Assembly: GCA_951406725.2 (NCBI GenBank)
Contig: OX597831.1
Span: 72,168,001 to 72,232,000 of the forward strand
Reading direction: 5' to 3'
From: Octopus vulgaris
Taxonomy: Eukaryota
Length of the DNA: 64,000 nt
Below the pieces are notes generated by a model. That model was given only the letters and a program-made list of their open reading frames with translations, ran no database searches and was not told the DNA's origin. The translations under genes were made by a program, and so were the position numbers. Shown in pieces: positions 11,950-25,831 of the stretch (position 1 is its first letter; the number at the start of each line of letters is the position of its first letter).

Positions 11950-12870
11950 TCATAAATTTATAGAAGTCTGTAAAAGAAAAAAATGCTTTTTTAATGATAA
12001 AGAAGGATGGCGGATATCGTCTACGACAACGTCAAGGTTATTCGATCCTAGAATTGGTAAACGACGGCCAGTGATGACATGAACTGACGAGGAAATCAAA
12101 CGAAATTGGGTGAGTATTGGTGTGGATGTTAGAAGTAAAGTATCTGCGACAATATTCTGTAAGTTGAGAGTTAGGTGTAGAGCATTGTGTCTGACCTGGC
12201 GAAAAGCGTGGTTTCGCCAATATACAGGATTCTGTGGAATATTCAGAATAACAATCTGGCTATGAGAGTCAACTGCAAAACAAATGATCTCACTAGAAGT
12301 ATCTCTAACAAATTTCCATAATAATAATGTCCTTAACAATGTAGAAAGAACTTAAAATTGGAAAGCAACAACAAACAAGTGCGAAATATTAAATATTCGT
12401 TCAATAATTTACCAAACATTAACGAAAGGTAAACGAAAATAAAACTCGAATGCGTGTCAATTAGTTTTGTAAAAGGGAACGAAGAGTGTGAAAAGGTTTT
12501 GCGGGAAGAATGACTAATAAATAAATAGTAATAAGAAAGTAATTAGCAATTAAAATAGATAGTAATAAGAAAGTAATTAACAGACCAGTTTCGTTTGCCG
12601 GGAAGCACGGACCGAACCGGTGATTGAAATGCGAAACTAATCAAGAGTACAATAAACAAGAACGATGAGAAGATCTCATATCAGCATCCGTTTTATTATC
12701 TAAACGAATTACTAGTTTGGTTTAACAGGTTTATTTTGTGATTGAATCTCGATTTGTTGAATGTGGCGTGAAAGTTGTTCATCAAAGTTTATCAACGAAG
12801 AAGCGAAAGCAATTCCGTTCTTTAAGTGATGCGATTGGCTAAAGAGTTATTCCCCTTAGCTCAGGGTACG
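11950..12870 (-). promoter_or_regulatory. Candidate promoter / non-coding first exon region of MTFMT
   Basis: Unique, visibly CpG-retaining sequence upstream of an exon that has a splice acceptor. CCAAT motif (gattggct ~12833). Marks the switch from CpG-poor to CpG-normal DNA. TSS not locatable. Confidence 0.35.
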
Positions 12871-12876
12871 ACTAGC

Positions 12877-13569
12877 GAACAGTGGTCCCGGTGTGCGCAC
12901 ACGCGCAGTCGCGCATCCGCGCTAGCTAGTCGTAAGTAGTTGATCCTACAACGACTACCTAGCAAAGTAAATAAAACACAAAATAAATAATTTTTTTTAC
13001 ACAAAGTAAATAATTTGGGGAATCTTTTCGGTTTGAACGGCAGTTTTTTCTAGCGGTGTCATATGAAATTGTCACCCATAATTATGACCCTAGTATCCAT
13101 CTATTGCATTTCAATCTATTTTAGGGTTAGAGTTAGGGTTAGTTACGGTTAGTTAGGGTTAGGGGTGGGGGAGGGGTATCTTTTTTTTCTTCAGAAATGT
13201 AAATAAACCCAATGTCTTTCTTAAACGAGGGACATTTTCATACGGCACCGAATGTTTTCACCTCAATAGACGTCATTGATTGGTTGAAATTGCAGAAATT
13301 GAAGAAAAAAAACAACAAATATTTTACACACTATAGAATTTTCTCAATAAAGCCAAGAGAAAAAGATGTTTTATAAACATATTCTACCAGTATACGAAGT
13401 TTAAAAGTGTTTAGATACGTGGAAATTATTTTAAAAAACTGGCTTTCAAACAGAAAATATCCAATTTTTGTTAAACAAAGTAAATAAAACGCAAAAACAC
13501 AAAGTAAGGATCGACTAGTCATGACTAACTGGCGCGAGTACGCGAGCGCGCGCACCGGGACCACTGTTC
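12877..13569. mobile_element. TIR element enclosing a second TIR element (13019-13462) that carries TTAGGG-like repeats
   Basis: Outer IR gaacagtggtcccggtg / caccgggaccactgttc. Inner IR ggaatcttttcggtttgaacggcagtttttt / aaaaaactggctttcaaacagaaaatatcc. Confidence 0.75.
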
Positions 13570-14259
13570 TTAAGTAGAACCTGGCTCAGTTGCTCCCTCC
13601 TTCTCTCTCTCTCTTTCTTTCTTTCTCCCCCCTCTCTCTCTCTCCCCCCTCTCTCCCTCTGCGGTAATTGTAAGTTCTGAGTTCAATTTCTGTCGTGGTC
13701 GACTTTGCCTTTCGTCCTTTCGGGGTCGATAAAATAAGTACCAGTTACGCACTGGTGTCAATTTAATCGGCTTACTCACTTCTCCGAAATTGCTGGTCTG
13801 TACCAACATTTGAAACCATCATACGACAATTCTGTTAAAACATTTACAGAATCATTGCAGTATCGGTCAAGAATCTCTTTGACATTTGGTTAAAGCTTGT
13901 TACGTTCTAAGTTTAAATTTTGTCGAGGTCAACTTTGCCTCTCATCTTTCCGGCGTCGATAGAATATAGTCCAGTCTAGTCACGTTAGTTTTTATGGGTC
14001 AGAGAGTGACCACTGCTCTCACACCTATAAAGCTCTTAGTTGCATTAGACGATTCGTCAGACTCAAATAGACGGAAGCTCGTAACCTTTCAATCAAGGGA
14101 GGAAAACGTCACGCAAAAAATATACATCTGGAATGGACATGTTGGTGGTGTTTCAGGCGACACGGAGTTATCTCTCTTACATCGGTTCCGACCATTATGG
14201 TTTCCGAAGTTGCTGACACCCAATCATGTGACAGGTTGTAGGGAATTTATATATTCATA

Positions 14260-14772
14260 CTAGCAGTATCGCCCGGCGTTGCTCGGGTTTGTAAGGGAAA
14301 TAACTATATAAGCATTTTTAGAGAGTTACTTCCCTTATAGATGCCAATTCGGGCTTTCTTAGCCATTTCTGTTTTGGTGTCTTCAAGCCATGAAGTCGTT
14401 GTTCTAAAAGAACGCTGGTCTCCTTGACAACGCTTTACGACGTTGATTTCCTTACACTCCCTTCCCCACAGCTTCACGAGGGAGGGAAGAAGGGGGAGAA
14501 GCAAACAGGTGCAGGTGTGACCATGGACGCCAACTCCGCCGCCATCGACACACGAAAAATTATGCATTAAAATGGAATAAAAAATTATGTTAAATTATTT
14601 TTAAAATCGTAGACTCATCGTAGACGCGCGCTAATAGCCAGACGGGCTCGATATTAATCACGACTATAAGATACCCGAATTTGGTTAAAATGCACCGCAA
14701 AATGTGGGAGGAGTTAGGAATCTAAATCGAAGGGGACAGACACTCACACAACTACAGTTTTATATATATAGA
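14260..14772 (-). mobile_element. Non-autonomous Helitron
   Basis: a|TCTATATATA...cccgagcaacgccggg hairpin...CTAG|t on the minus strand. Homologous to 15886-16152 and 47447-47625. Confidence 0.85.
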
Positions 14773-14783
14773 TTACCAGTGGC

Positions 14784-15180
14784 CAGGGCCGGGTTAAGAC
14801 CCATAGAGGCTCTAACCACTTAAAAGATTTTGGTGCCCCCATATATATACAATAGAAAATATAAACAATAATATTTTTCAAAATAAAACAAAACTAAGAG
14901 TAAGAAGGAAAATGTTTATTTTTGTATACCCTCTATTTATATTTGAAAAGTTTTTTACATTTTTTTTGTTGTTTTTAATTGAAAGGTTGTTGTTTTTATC
15001 AGATCGCCATTATGACACCGTGAACACTTTGAAATTATACTTACGGTCATCACTTCGAATATTAGTTTAGCATGTTTAAAGTGATTCTTTCGTGTCATAA
15101 ACCATTTACCGATTCTATGGTGTCCCCCCCTTCTCACCCTAAGCACGTCCTTATTTTCTTTTATGGTTAATCCAGTGCCA
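14784..15180. mobile_element. Degenerate hAT-like MITE
   Basis: CAGGGCCGGGTTAAG start and ggttaatccagtgcc end, with gccccc subterminal motifs. Confidence 0.5.
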
Positions 15181-15885
15181 ATGCTTGCATATGTGGTACT
15201 ACATATGCATTGTGGAATATTGTCTTATTTTAAGAAGAAATCTCTGACTGGCAGATCTATTTTAATTTGTACACTATTCTTTGGTTTCTCTATCGTTGTT
15301 TGCAGCACTTTTGTATGATATAGTTTCATTAATGCCAAGATATTTGAGGGCACACGTTGTTTAGAAGCTAGTGAGACCATCGATGCAAAGGTTTAAAGTT
15401 TGGGGAACTGTTTTTCATTGTTGTATTGTTAAATATAAACATTTCCCTATCCAAATTCCAACAACTCAGCACCGTCCATTGGATGAGGAGGGGGCCTTTT
15501 GCTCGTTTATATATATATAAGAGCAAAACGCACCCCGTTGAGTTGTTGAAATTTGGACAATTTTTAAACCAAATTTTCTCAAAACAACTTGTCCGACCGT
15601 CCCATAGGCCTCCCCTTTGAGAAACATTGATTTAACCTAAATTTGAGACACCAGCAAAAGAAGAAATAAAGATAGACTTTTTTTCTATTCCAAAGAAAAA
15701 CGATTTCTCACGGCTTTATCGATCGCATTCTCACCTGGAATCGATTTTTCGTAATTTTTTCAAGACTTATACACGCTCTGATACCGTCGGTATCTACATA
15801 TCAAATTTGAGCGCAATCGGATGGAGGATGCCCGAGATCCTAGAAGTCACACACACAGATAGACAGAACGAATTTTATATAGAGA

Positions 15886-16152
15886 CTAGCAGTATCGCCC
15901 GGCGTTGCTCGGATTTGTAAGGGAAATAACTATAAAATAGTTATATAATAGAAAAAATTCATTAAAAATGGGGAAAAAATTATAGCAATTTTTTTAAATC
16001 GTATACTCATCGTAGACGCGCGCTAATACCCAGAAGGGCTCGATATGAATCATGACTATAAGATACCCGCTTTTAGTTACCTTGCACCGCAAAATGTGGG
16101 AGTAGTTAGGAATCTAAATCAGACACACAACTTCACTTTTATATATAAGAGA
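15886..16152 (-). mobile_element. Non-autonomous Helitron (short variant), abutting the 5' end of another Helitron-like element at ~15490-15885
   Basis: Same CTAG/hairpin end and TC start as 14260-14772. Confidence 0.8.
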
Positions 16153-16412
16153 TATACTCTTTCTCCTGTATTTTTCTAACCACATTGGTGTCCAGAGGGC
16201 AGCTGATTTCCACAACAGAACTTATCTTCTTGTGGCCCTACACAAGAACATCTGACCAGTCATGTTTTAACTTGGAAGATGTTTTAATTTTCAAATACTA
16301 CTTTTACTTTTTTGACCCATCGGTCACAATGGAGTCAACGTTGGCTGGCGGTGTTTTGTTTCTTGCTCTCTTGTTTCAGACCGTTCTTGCCACCACATCA
16401 TGTCTCCTGGAA

Positions 16413-16806
16413 TGTATGTATGTATGTATGTATGTATGTATGTATGTATGTATGTATGTATGTATGTATGTATGTATGTATGTATGTATGTATGTATGTA
16501 TGTATGTATGTATGTACGTATGTATGTGTGTATGTATGTATGTATGTATGTATGTATGTATGTATGTATGCATGTATGTATGCATGTATGTATGCATGTA
16601 TGTATGTATGTATGTATGTATGTATGTATGTATGTATGTATGTATGTATGTATGTATGTACGTATGTATGTACGTATGTATGTATGTACATATGTATGTA
16701 TGTACGAATGTATGTATGTATGTATGTATGTATGTATGTATGTATGTATGTATGTATGTATGTATGTATGTATGTATGTATGTATGTATGTATGTATGTA
16801 TGTATG
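16413..16806. repeat. (TATG)n microsatellite
   Basis: Direct reading; source of the spurious CMYV/TYIH ORFs. Confidence 0.98.
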
Positions 16807-16957
16807 TGCGTGTGTGTACGTGTGTGTGTATACATGAAAATTGATAGGAGATAAGTAAATAGGTATGTACATATAAGTATGTAGACAGGTATGTATATAT
16901 ATCTTGTACGTTTCATACACGCGCGTGTACACGCGCGCGCATATGGTTGATAGGAAG

Positions 16958-17635
16958 ATAGGTAGGTAGACAGGCAGGCAGGTGTGTATGTATGTATGTA
17001 TGTAGGTAGGTAGGTAGGTAGGCAAGTAGGGAGGTAGGTATGTAGGTAGGTAGGTATGTAGGTAGGTAGGTAGGTAGGCAGGCAGGCAGGTAGGTAGGTA
17101 GGTAGGTAGGTAGGTAGGTAGGTAGGTAGGTAGGTAGGTAGGTAGGTAGGTAGGTAGGTAGGTAGGCAGGCAGGTAGGTAGGTAGGTAGGTAGGTAGGTA
17201 GGTAGGTAGGTAGGTAGGTAGGTAGGTAGGTAGGTAGGTAGGTAGGTAGGTAGGTAGGCAGGCAGGTAGGTAGGTAGGTAGGTAGGTAGGTAGGTAGGTA
17301 GGTAGGTAGGTAGGTAGGTAGGTAGGTAGGTAGGTAGGTAGGCAAGGCGGCGAGCTGGCAGAGACGTTAGCAAGCCGGGCGAAATGCTTTGCAGTATTTC
17401 GTCTGCCGTTAGGTTGTGAGTTCAAATTCCGCCGAGGTCGACTTTGTCTTTCATCCTTTCGGGGTCGATAAATTAAGCACCAGTTACGCACTGGGGTCGA
17501 TGTAATCGACTTAATACCTATGTATATCCTTGTTTGCCCCCTCTATGTTTAGCCCCTTGTGGGTAATAAAGAAATAGGTAGGTAGGTAGGTAGGTAGGTA
17601 GGTAGGTAGGTAGGTAGGTAGGTAGGTAGGTAGGT
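16958..17635. repeat. (TAGG)n microsatellite interrupted by a family A SINE (17345-17578, +)
   Basis: Direct reading; full SINE A body lies between two TAGG tracts. Confidence 0.95.
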
Positions 17636-17775
17636 ACCTATTTCTTTACTACCCACAAGGGGCTAAACACAGAGGAGACAAACAAGGACAGACAAACGGA
17701 TTAAGTCGATTATATCGACCCCAGTGCGTAACTGGTACTTAATTTATCGATCCCGAAAGGATGAAAGGCAAAGTG
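17636..17775 (-). mobile_element. 3' half of SINE family A, inverted relative to 17345-17578
   Basis: cctatttctttactacccacaagggg...gaaaggcaaagt. Confidence 0.9.
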
Positions 17776-18300
17776 ATTCTTATGGTAAAAGTTTGATCCA
17801 ACTTAAATTTGTATTTTGAGACCTCTAAGAGGAAGATGCAACTCCCGCAGTTAGGGCGGTTGCCCTTTTTGACTAGTGTGGTCGTATTTTTGATGGGTAA
17901 TTTGGCGCTGGTGAGTAACTTTTTTTAGGGATTGCGGTTGTCTCTTGCTTTTAATAATCCTATGTGTTTCTACTGCCTTTTTCATTCGCAGGTCATTCCT
18001 AAGGAGGGGTATGTTTTAGTGGATGATCTTGTATGCTTCCATACTGCTCGGATTTTCAGCAACAAATTTTCCTATATTTTTTCCTGCGTGGAAATACATC
18101 CCTTCTTTTGTTATATATATAGGTCATCAGCGTCACTCGGACTCATCACAGATTTCGCATGAGACACCTGTCTGCTCGAAGAATTTCATGTTTTTCCGCT
18201 TTATTTCTAGCTTCAAGTGGCTAATTTTTTATATCTCGTACTGTCTTTCTCCATTTCTAAGTTAAGGGTTAAAATAAAGCAACCCTGCAGAGCGCAACTG
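17776..18300 (-). mobile_element. Penelope-like element fragment (RT-to-endonuclease linker)
   Basis: Broken minus frame reads KSKRQPQSLKK/LLTSAK...NRPNCGSC, resembling the Cys linker preceding the GIY-YIG domain. Confidence 0.6.
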
Positions 18301-19002
18301 ATCTTCACACACAGACGCACAGAATAACAGCAATCAAATAACGACAGCGGAGTGCACAACAAACGCCAGCGATCTGACTGTCGCCTGTACTCTTGACAAG
18401 AGATGCCAGTTAGTTCTTTTACACCTACCAGACTCGTCCGTATTAGCTCGAGTTGCTGGATAAATTTTCGTTCTTTTAAGAATTTTCGTTCTTTTAAGAA
18501 TTTTCGTTCCTTTAAGATTAGAATTTAAATCCTAATCACTATACAAATTTATTGTTTCTAGAAAACTTTGACTTTGAATTACTTTTAATTCTTACGATTA
18601 TAGATAACAACTCGGGCTGTAACTTCTGAGCCCGAGTCAGGTGCGTGTTAAAGATGTCGAAAGAACGTCTGCTACGAGTAATACTTTTTGACACAGGACA
18701 CTTCTAAGACACCACCAGACGAAAATAAATGAACTGCGACCAGGCTCAATAAAAGGAGCCCGAGTATTTGGCTGAAATTACATACTTGAAGTCAGTGTTT
18801 GTAGAAATTATATCAGCTTACAAATACACGTTTATTTTACTAAATTTATACTCGGGCTACGCCCGAACAGCCCAGGTGCCGGAGTCGCCAGTGATATATA
18901 TATATAAGCTAAAGAGGAAAACAATTAATCAAGGCAGGACAATGGCATTTAAATTCATTTAGTTTATTTTAAGAGAGTTAATGCTAATGCAATGTAGGTA
19001 GA

Positions 19003-19935
<933 letters not shown>

Positions 19936-20059
19936 AAGAAAAATTATATATTTTGTATTAATTATTCCTAAATTGGTTTTCCACGCTGGCTACTTGATAA
20001 ATCTTACATCCCCTCCCTCCCAGTCTTCCACCCCCCACCAACCTTCCTACTTCTGTCCC

Positions 20060-21319
20060 ATCCACCCCTTCTCCACTTCAGTCTGTTGTCACCATTCCTC
20101 TAGTTCTTCTCCTCTCTGAGGTGGAGCGCTCCCTCCTCAGTAGAGGTCTGCGCTTCATCCTCCTCACTCCATCCAGCAACGAATTTCGGACTCGTGCCAA
20201 TATCCACAGCTTTGTGCGCTGCGTTATGTTGCGTGCGCTTTTCCGCGACACTCCACTTGCATTTAATGAGGAGGACTGCTTCACCGACATGAGCAGCCGA
20301 CCATCTCAGTGGACGCCAGCTCCTGGCCAGTTCCAAGCAGTCGACCTTTTTGCGGGTGCTTGCCAGCGTGCTGTGGACCAGTTTACTTTTCCAAGCATCT
20401 CCGGCATCTGAACATCTCCCCAGCCGAACTCTCGGCCCTTCGATGTCTCCGATACTGCACGGATATCATAAAACCAGCCGACAAGAGTGGAACCGTGGTG
20501 GTGTGGCGCGCGGGCCTCTACACATGTCTGTGTTCGGATTGTCCTTGCACAGGGGCCATCCGGACTCCCGTCTTCGCCGTGAGCAGGGATCAATCTTTTC
20601 TCTTCGCTCCTTTGGGCTCAACTATCCTCCTTTCTTCATCTAACCTTCCTTCTCTCTTCCTCTCATCCACCTCTCCTCTCTTGCTCTGGCCCCTACTTTC
20701 TCTCTTCACTCCTACCCACCTTCTCCCTTCAACCCTCTCCCTTCATCGTCACCTCCTCTTTCGTTACTCCACCCCTACACATTCCAACCTACCATCCCTA
20801 TACATCCCATCCCATCCTACCCCCACCACATTCCTTAGACCCCACCTTTGCTTCCCCCAGTCTCGCCTCCTTCACACCCCAACATCACCACACCACACAC
20901 CACCACAACACCATACCACACACCACCACACCACACCACACCACATCACACCACTCCGCACACACTAGCTCTCACCACTTCCGAGCACCTACACAATCGT
21001 CCACACACCTACACATGCACACACGCACACGTCAATGTCACCAGCCCCCTTCCACACACACATACACGCACGCGCACCTTCGTTTTGGGATCACCACTAC
21101 TTTATTATCTCCCCTTCTTCCTAGCTCTCCTGTGTGACCCCTCTGTCCGGCATTCGTCATGCTAGATCGCTAGCCACTAAGCCTTTTCCTATTTTCTCTC
21201 CCTGTTTATTTCTATGTTCCTTTCTGTCGAAGAGCGTAGGCTCGAAACGTAAAAGACTTTCTCACTTCCTGAGCGTTAAACTAATAATACATATGTTTGT
21301 TGTTTACTCACCCGTCTTC

Positions 21320-21320
<1 letters not shown>
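20060..21320 (+). mobile_element. Internally deleted Penelope-like element with C-rich 3' region and terminal hammerhead-like motif
   Basis: LSEVERSLLSRGLRF...NISPAELSALRCL...IIKPADKSGTVVVW (Penelope pre-RT motif) joined to an endonuclease-like C-terminus (RLRREQ..IFSL...GLN). Motif at 21221-21254. Confidence 0.8.
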
Positions 21321-21365
<45 letters not shown>

Positions 21366-21401
21366 CATACATATAATTTCTTGCATACTGAAATGTGCGT
21401 G

Positions 21402-21440
<39 letters not shown>

Positions 21441-21510
21441 GTGTGTGTGTGCGTGCGTGTGTATGTGTGTCTGTATATATATTTGTATGCATGTATGAAT
21501 GTATGTATGT

Positions 21511-21596
<86 letters not shown>

Positions 21597-22481
21597 TAAG
21601 TCCTTGGTTATTGCGTAATTAAAAACGTTTCACAGTCTATACAGGAAATTGTATCTGCTCTAGGTTTCATTAAACAATTGTCTTGTAAAGAAACAAGCTT
21701 AACAGTATATTGTTATTCTAATGAAATGCATATTAATCTAAGATCCTTGTAATCGGATTACATATATGCTATTAGTCACTGGTGGCTACAACAGCAACAA
21801 AACTACCACCATACTGTTAATGGGCCAGTCTATCTGCTTGCCAAAACTTGAGAGTTTATTTCATATTACAAATAGGTCATTACATCGGTGGAGAAGGCTT
21901 ACTGAATTATAAAGAGATTGTTGTTTAGATCGGGGACAGTTCTGATTAAGCAGACCTGTGATCATAGGTGTTTCAGTCAGGATTCACCGGTCCAATGCGT
22001 CCTTCTGTTTTGTAAGACGGTAGGATGTGATTTGATTGAGTGTGGCTGCTATGTCTAACAGGTCAACTAACTGAATAGATCCTTCTTTTTCGGGTCGATT
22101 GATAATAGGCACCATGGTTAGGTGCAGTTCATTGAAGTACGTAATAAACATACTTTGAAAATTGATGAGCATTTCATCGATATCACTGTATCGATCTAGC
22201 CATCGCGTGTGGTCATACACTGCTGGTTCCAATACGTTTTATAGCATTGTTGTAACTTTCAGATGATGCCACGCCGCTGGTAAACACTCCCCTTGAACGG
22301 AAGGCTAGTCCGTCTCAGGGTTTCCCTTTTACAGCTGAGTGGACTGGAGCAACGATGTGAGGGCACGTGACCTTGTGGTTAGGGCTATGTATTTGTGAAT
22401 TAGAATTCTTGCACAGCATTGAAATGGTCTCTCTTTTTGGACTGTTAGGATACTGGTAAAGATTTTGTCTTGATCTACCAG

Positions 22482-22520
<39 letters not shown>

Positions 22521-22822
22521 GTTATAATCACTGTGGTCTTCATCGATATCACGTAAGATATGGCTCAGACAGGGGTGCAACATATCAGGTTTTACATTTA
22601 TTTATTAACCATGATGCTTTGATGTCTCATTTGCGAAACCCTTTTTTTATTTCCCCCGATTTTTTTTCTTTGGTTTACCTTCACCATAGAGCAGCTGTTT
22701 CTAAACGCTTTTGCACCACAGACCAGTTTCGTGCAAGACAATTTTGCCACAGACCAGGGAGTCATGCGCTTGAAAAAATATGCACTTTACTGCATAATAT
22801 ATAATTTAATTATTACATATAA

Positions 22823-23065
22823 CGCGGAGGCGCGTGGCTTAGTGGTTAGGGTGTCAGCATCATGATCGTAAGATTGTGGTTTCGATTCCTGGACCGGGCG
22901 GTGCGTTGTGTTCCTGAGCAAAACATTTCATTTCACGTTGCTCCAGTCCACTCAGCTGGCAAAAATGAGTAACGCTGCGATGGACTGGCGTCCTGTCCAG
23001 CTGGGGAACACCGGGAAACCAGGCCCATAAGCCTGGCTAGGCTTTAAAAGGGCGCATTTATTTTA
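22823..23065 (+). mobile_element. tRNA-derived SINE (family D)
   Basis: A-box tggcttagtgg, B-box gtttcgattcc, tail gggcgcatttattttatt. Confidence 0.85.
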
Positions 23066-23559
23066 TTATTACATAACACACACATACACACACACACACA
23101 CACACACAAGTTCGTGAGAAGGGATAAGTGGATTACATTGAGCCTAGTACTTATTTTATCGGCCCCGAAAGGTTGAAAAGCAAAGTCAACCTCGGCAGAA
23201 TTTGAATCCAGAACGCAAAGACGGATGAAATGCCGCTAAGCATTTTGTTCAGTGCGATAACGATTCTGCCATCTCACCGCCTTCCCTTTGCACAAAATAT
23301 TCAATTGCAACCAAAGTCTCGAGCTATTAGAAATTACAATTAAATCTCTTACAAATCACGTATACTACTGTCTTTAAAACACCAAGACTCTGCTGGGTAA
23401 TGGAGTCATAAATACACGCTGTCTAAAATAACCAATTAGATCAGTGGTTCTCAACATGGGCTCATATGGGCCTTGGTGGGGTTCATATAAGATTTTGTAA
23501 AAATTTATGTCCAATAAATTTGGTTATATTTCTACAATACCCAAAATATTTTTAACAGT

Positions 23560-23722
23560 AGGCGTAGGAGCGGCTGGGTGGTAAGTAGCTTGCTTACGAA
23601 CCACATGGTTCCGGGTTCAGTCCTACTGTATGGCACCTTGGGCAAGTGTCTTCTACTATACCCTCGGGCCGACCAAAGCCTTGTGAGTGGATTTGGCAGA
23701 CGGAAACTGAAACAAGCCCGTC

Positions 23723-23760
<38 letters not shown>

Positions 23761-23864
23761 AGAATTCCCGAAGAAAAAACAAAAGACGAAGACAGGTGGG
23801 GTAGAAAACAAACAGATATATTAGTATAACGCTCGGGAATTGAAAAAGTCTTTAACGTTTCGAG

Positions 23865-23934
<70 letters not shown>

Positions 23935-24137
23935 CTTGTGTATCTGTGTTTGTCCCCCCAACGTCGCTTGACAACCGACGCTGGTGTGTTGACGTCCCCG
24001 TAACTTAACGGTTCGGCAAAAGAGACCGATAGAATGAGTACTAGGCTTACAAAGAATAAGTCCTGCGGTCGATTTGCTCGACTAAAAGCGGTGCTCCAGC
24101 ATGGCCACAGTCAAATGACGGAAACATGTAAAAGAGT
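23560..24137 (+). mobile_element. SINE family B inserted in a hAT-like MITE (23442-~24260), itself carrying a Penelope-terminal piece in its (TA)n
   Basis: Complete SINE B head and tail. cagtggttctcaac MITE start upstream. Insert 23757-23867 ends in aacgtttcgagcc (half of the hammerhead motif). Confidence 0.8.
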
Positions 24138-25675
24138 GTTTTTATACAATTCTTAATAATATTTGATTATAAAAATGTATGATTTTTTTAAACATCGAAT
24201 GACTGAGAGGGTCTGTCTGAGTAAAAGGGGAACCAAAGGGTTCATAGAAGAGAATCAATGGGTTAGATGATCGTAAAGTTCAAGTGGTCTAAATAACACC
24301 AGCGACCAATGTCATTGGTTGTGATTATTTCTTTCAAACCATTCGTGAGTAAAGACGACATAACAGTGGACCCTTCGTTTTCAGCCCCTGTTTCTCTTGT
24401 CGCTGCAGATCCTCATTACATTTGTTGCCAATGGTTTCTTTGTTGTACAATAATTATTGCACTTCGCCCAGGAGCAAGCATAGTTGTGTGGTTAAGAAAT
24501 TTACTTCACAACCATGTAGCAACAGCGGTGGAGGCGCAATGGCCCAGTGGTTAGGGCAGCGGACTCGCGGTCGTAAGAACGCGGTTTCGCATTGTGGGGC
24601 GTTTATTGAGCAAAAACACCTAAACTCCACGAGGCTCCGGCGGTGGTGGGGGGATAATTCAGAGCGATGATAAATAGGTAATTTGAATCTACGGAGCCAA
24701 CGATTGGTAAATAGAATTTGCCGATCATGTCTTCAGACAGAGTCAAAATACAACCTGATGCTTTGTAAATTGAATTCACCATGCATCAACTCTTAAGGTT
24801 GCTGAAACGCGCGTTATACATGAAATGAACAAATACCAACTTTATGCTTCATGTTTTCCTCTCATATTATAGAGGGAGTTTAACATGGAGACTATCAAGA
24901 ACCGCAACTTATAAAGTAATTTTGTCGCGTAGCTAGTGCACCCATGTCGTCACATATATAATGCAAATATATAATCACACGCACGTTGCCACGCTAATTA
25001 CTTAATAATAGAAAGAAAAGTAAACGAACTCCTCTATCTTCTCCTCCACACATAATTAATATGTGCTAATTACAGAAGTACTTAAGATGTTTAAAAGATC
25101 TTTTCGATAAATAGATTGATACGGCAACTGATGGATTGAAGTAAATCAAAGATAAAGGAACTAAATTAAGTATGAATAAATTAGAGCTTTGTAGATCAAG
25201 CCCAGATTATTTACTGTTATAAAACTTTACTTAATTCCAAATGTCAATTGATTTGAAGGTCTTTACCTCAATTAGATTATCATTCTTCAGTTATTAACCT
25301 CATTTTTTTTTCTGTGATGAATAAACAAACTGTTAATGTTTACATTGATCAGCATTTTCATTGGCCTCATCTCTGGTTTCTATGATACATAAAGAAAAAC
25401 ATCTCTGGTTTCTATGATACGGTTTTTTCTCAGATTTATACGTTGTATCAGACCGGTTGCCCCCCGAGGAACTGATTAAAACGAAGTTTAGTCGGTTCCG
25501 ATCACTTGCACCGGTTGTGTGGTTAAGAAGTCTGCTACATAACTAAAATTTGGTTCAAAATCTGATTCCACGGCATGACAGAGACCCAAGTTACTCGAGA
25601 AATTAAAAAGGGTACTAATAACCTAATTATTTCTAGGTGGAATTTGGCAGATGGAAAATTTCCGGAATCTCACCA

Positions 25676-25713
<38 letters not shown>

Positions 25714-25721
25714 GCTAGCTA

Positions 25722-25789
<68 letters not shown>

Positions 25790-25831
25790 TATATATATAT
25801 ATATATACATAAAAGTGTGTGTATGTATATA

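Noticed and set aside
13121-13165. Telomere or chromosome-fusion scar
   Set aside because: Only a few degenerate units, enclosed by the inverted repeats of a mobile element.
16185-17491. Long ORFs of 145-349 aa (CMYV, TYIH, PTYL repeats)
   Set aside because: Translations of (TATG)n and (TAGG)n microsatellites.
20309-21165. 219-aa and 105-aa Pro/His/Thr-rich ORFs as host genes
   Set aside because: Broken Penelope frame running into low-complexity C/A-rich terminal sequence.
21984-22232. 82-aa protein-like ORF (EPAVYDHTRWLDRY...)
   Set aside because: Its 5' part aligns to the SINE tail at 45625-45730 and the rest shows no recognisable homology.
22823-22900. tRNA gene (also 45053, 23560 and other A/B-box heads)
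   Set aside because: No complete cloverleaf; each continues into a multicopy SINE body.
24750-24818. Additional hammerhead (GAAA-cgcgcg-TT)
   Set aside because: The 5' core and stems cannot be assigned convincingly; at most a decayed remnant.
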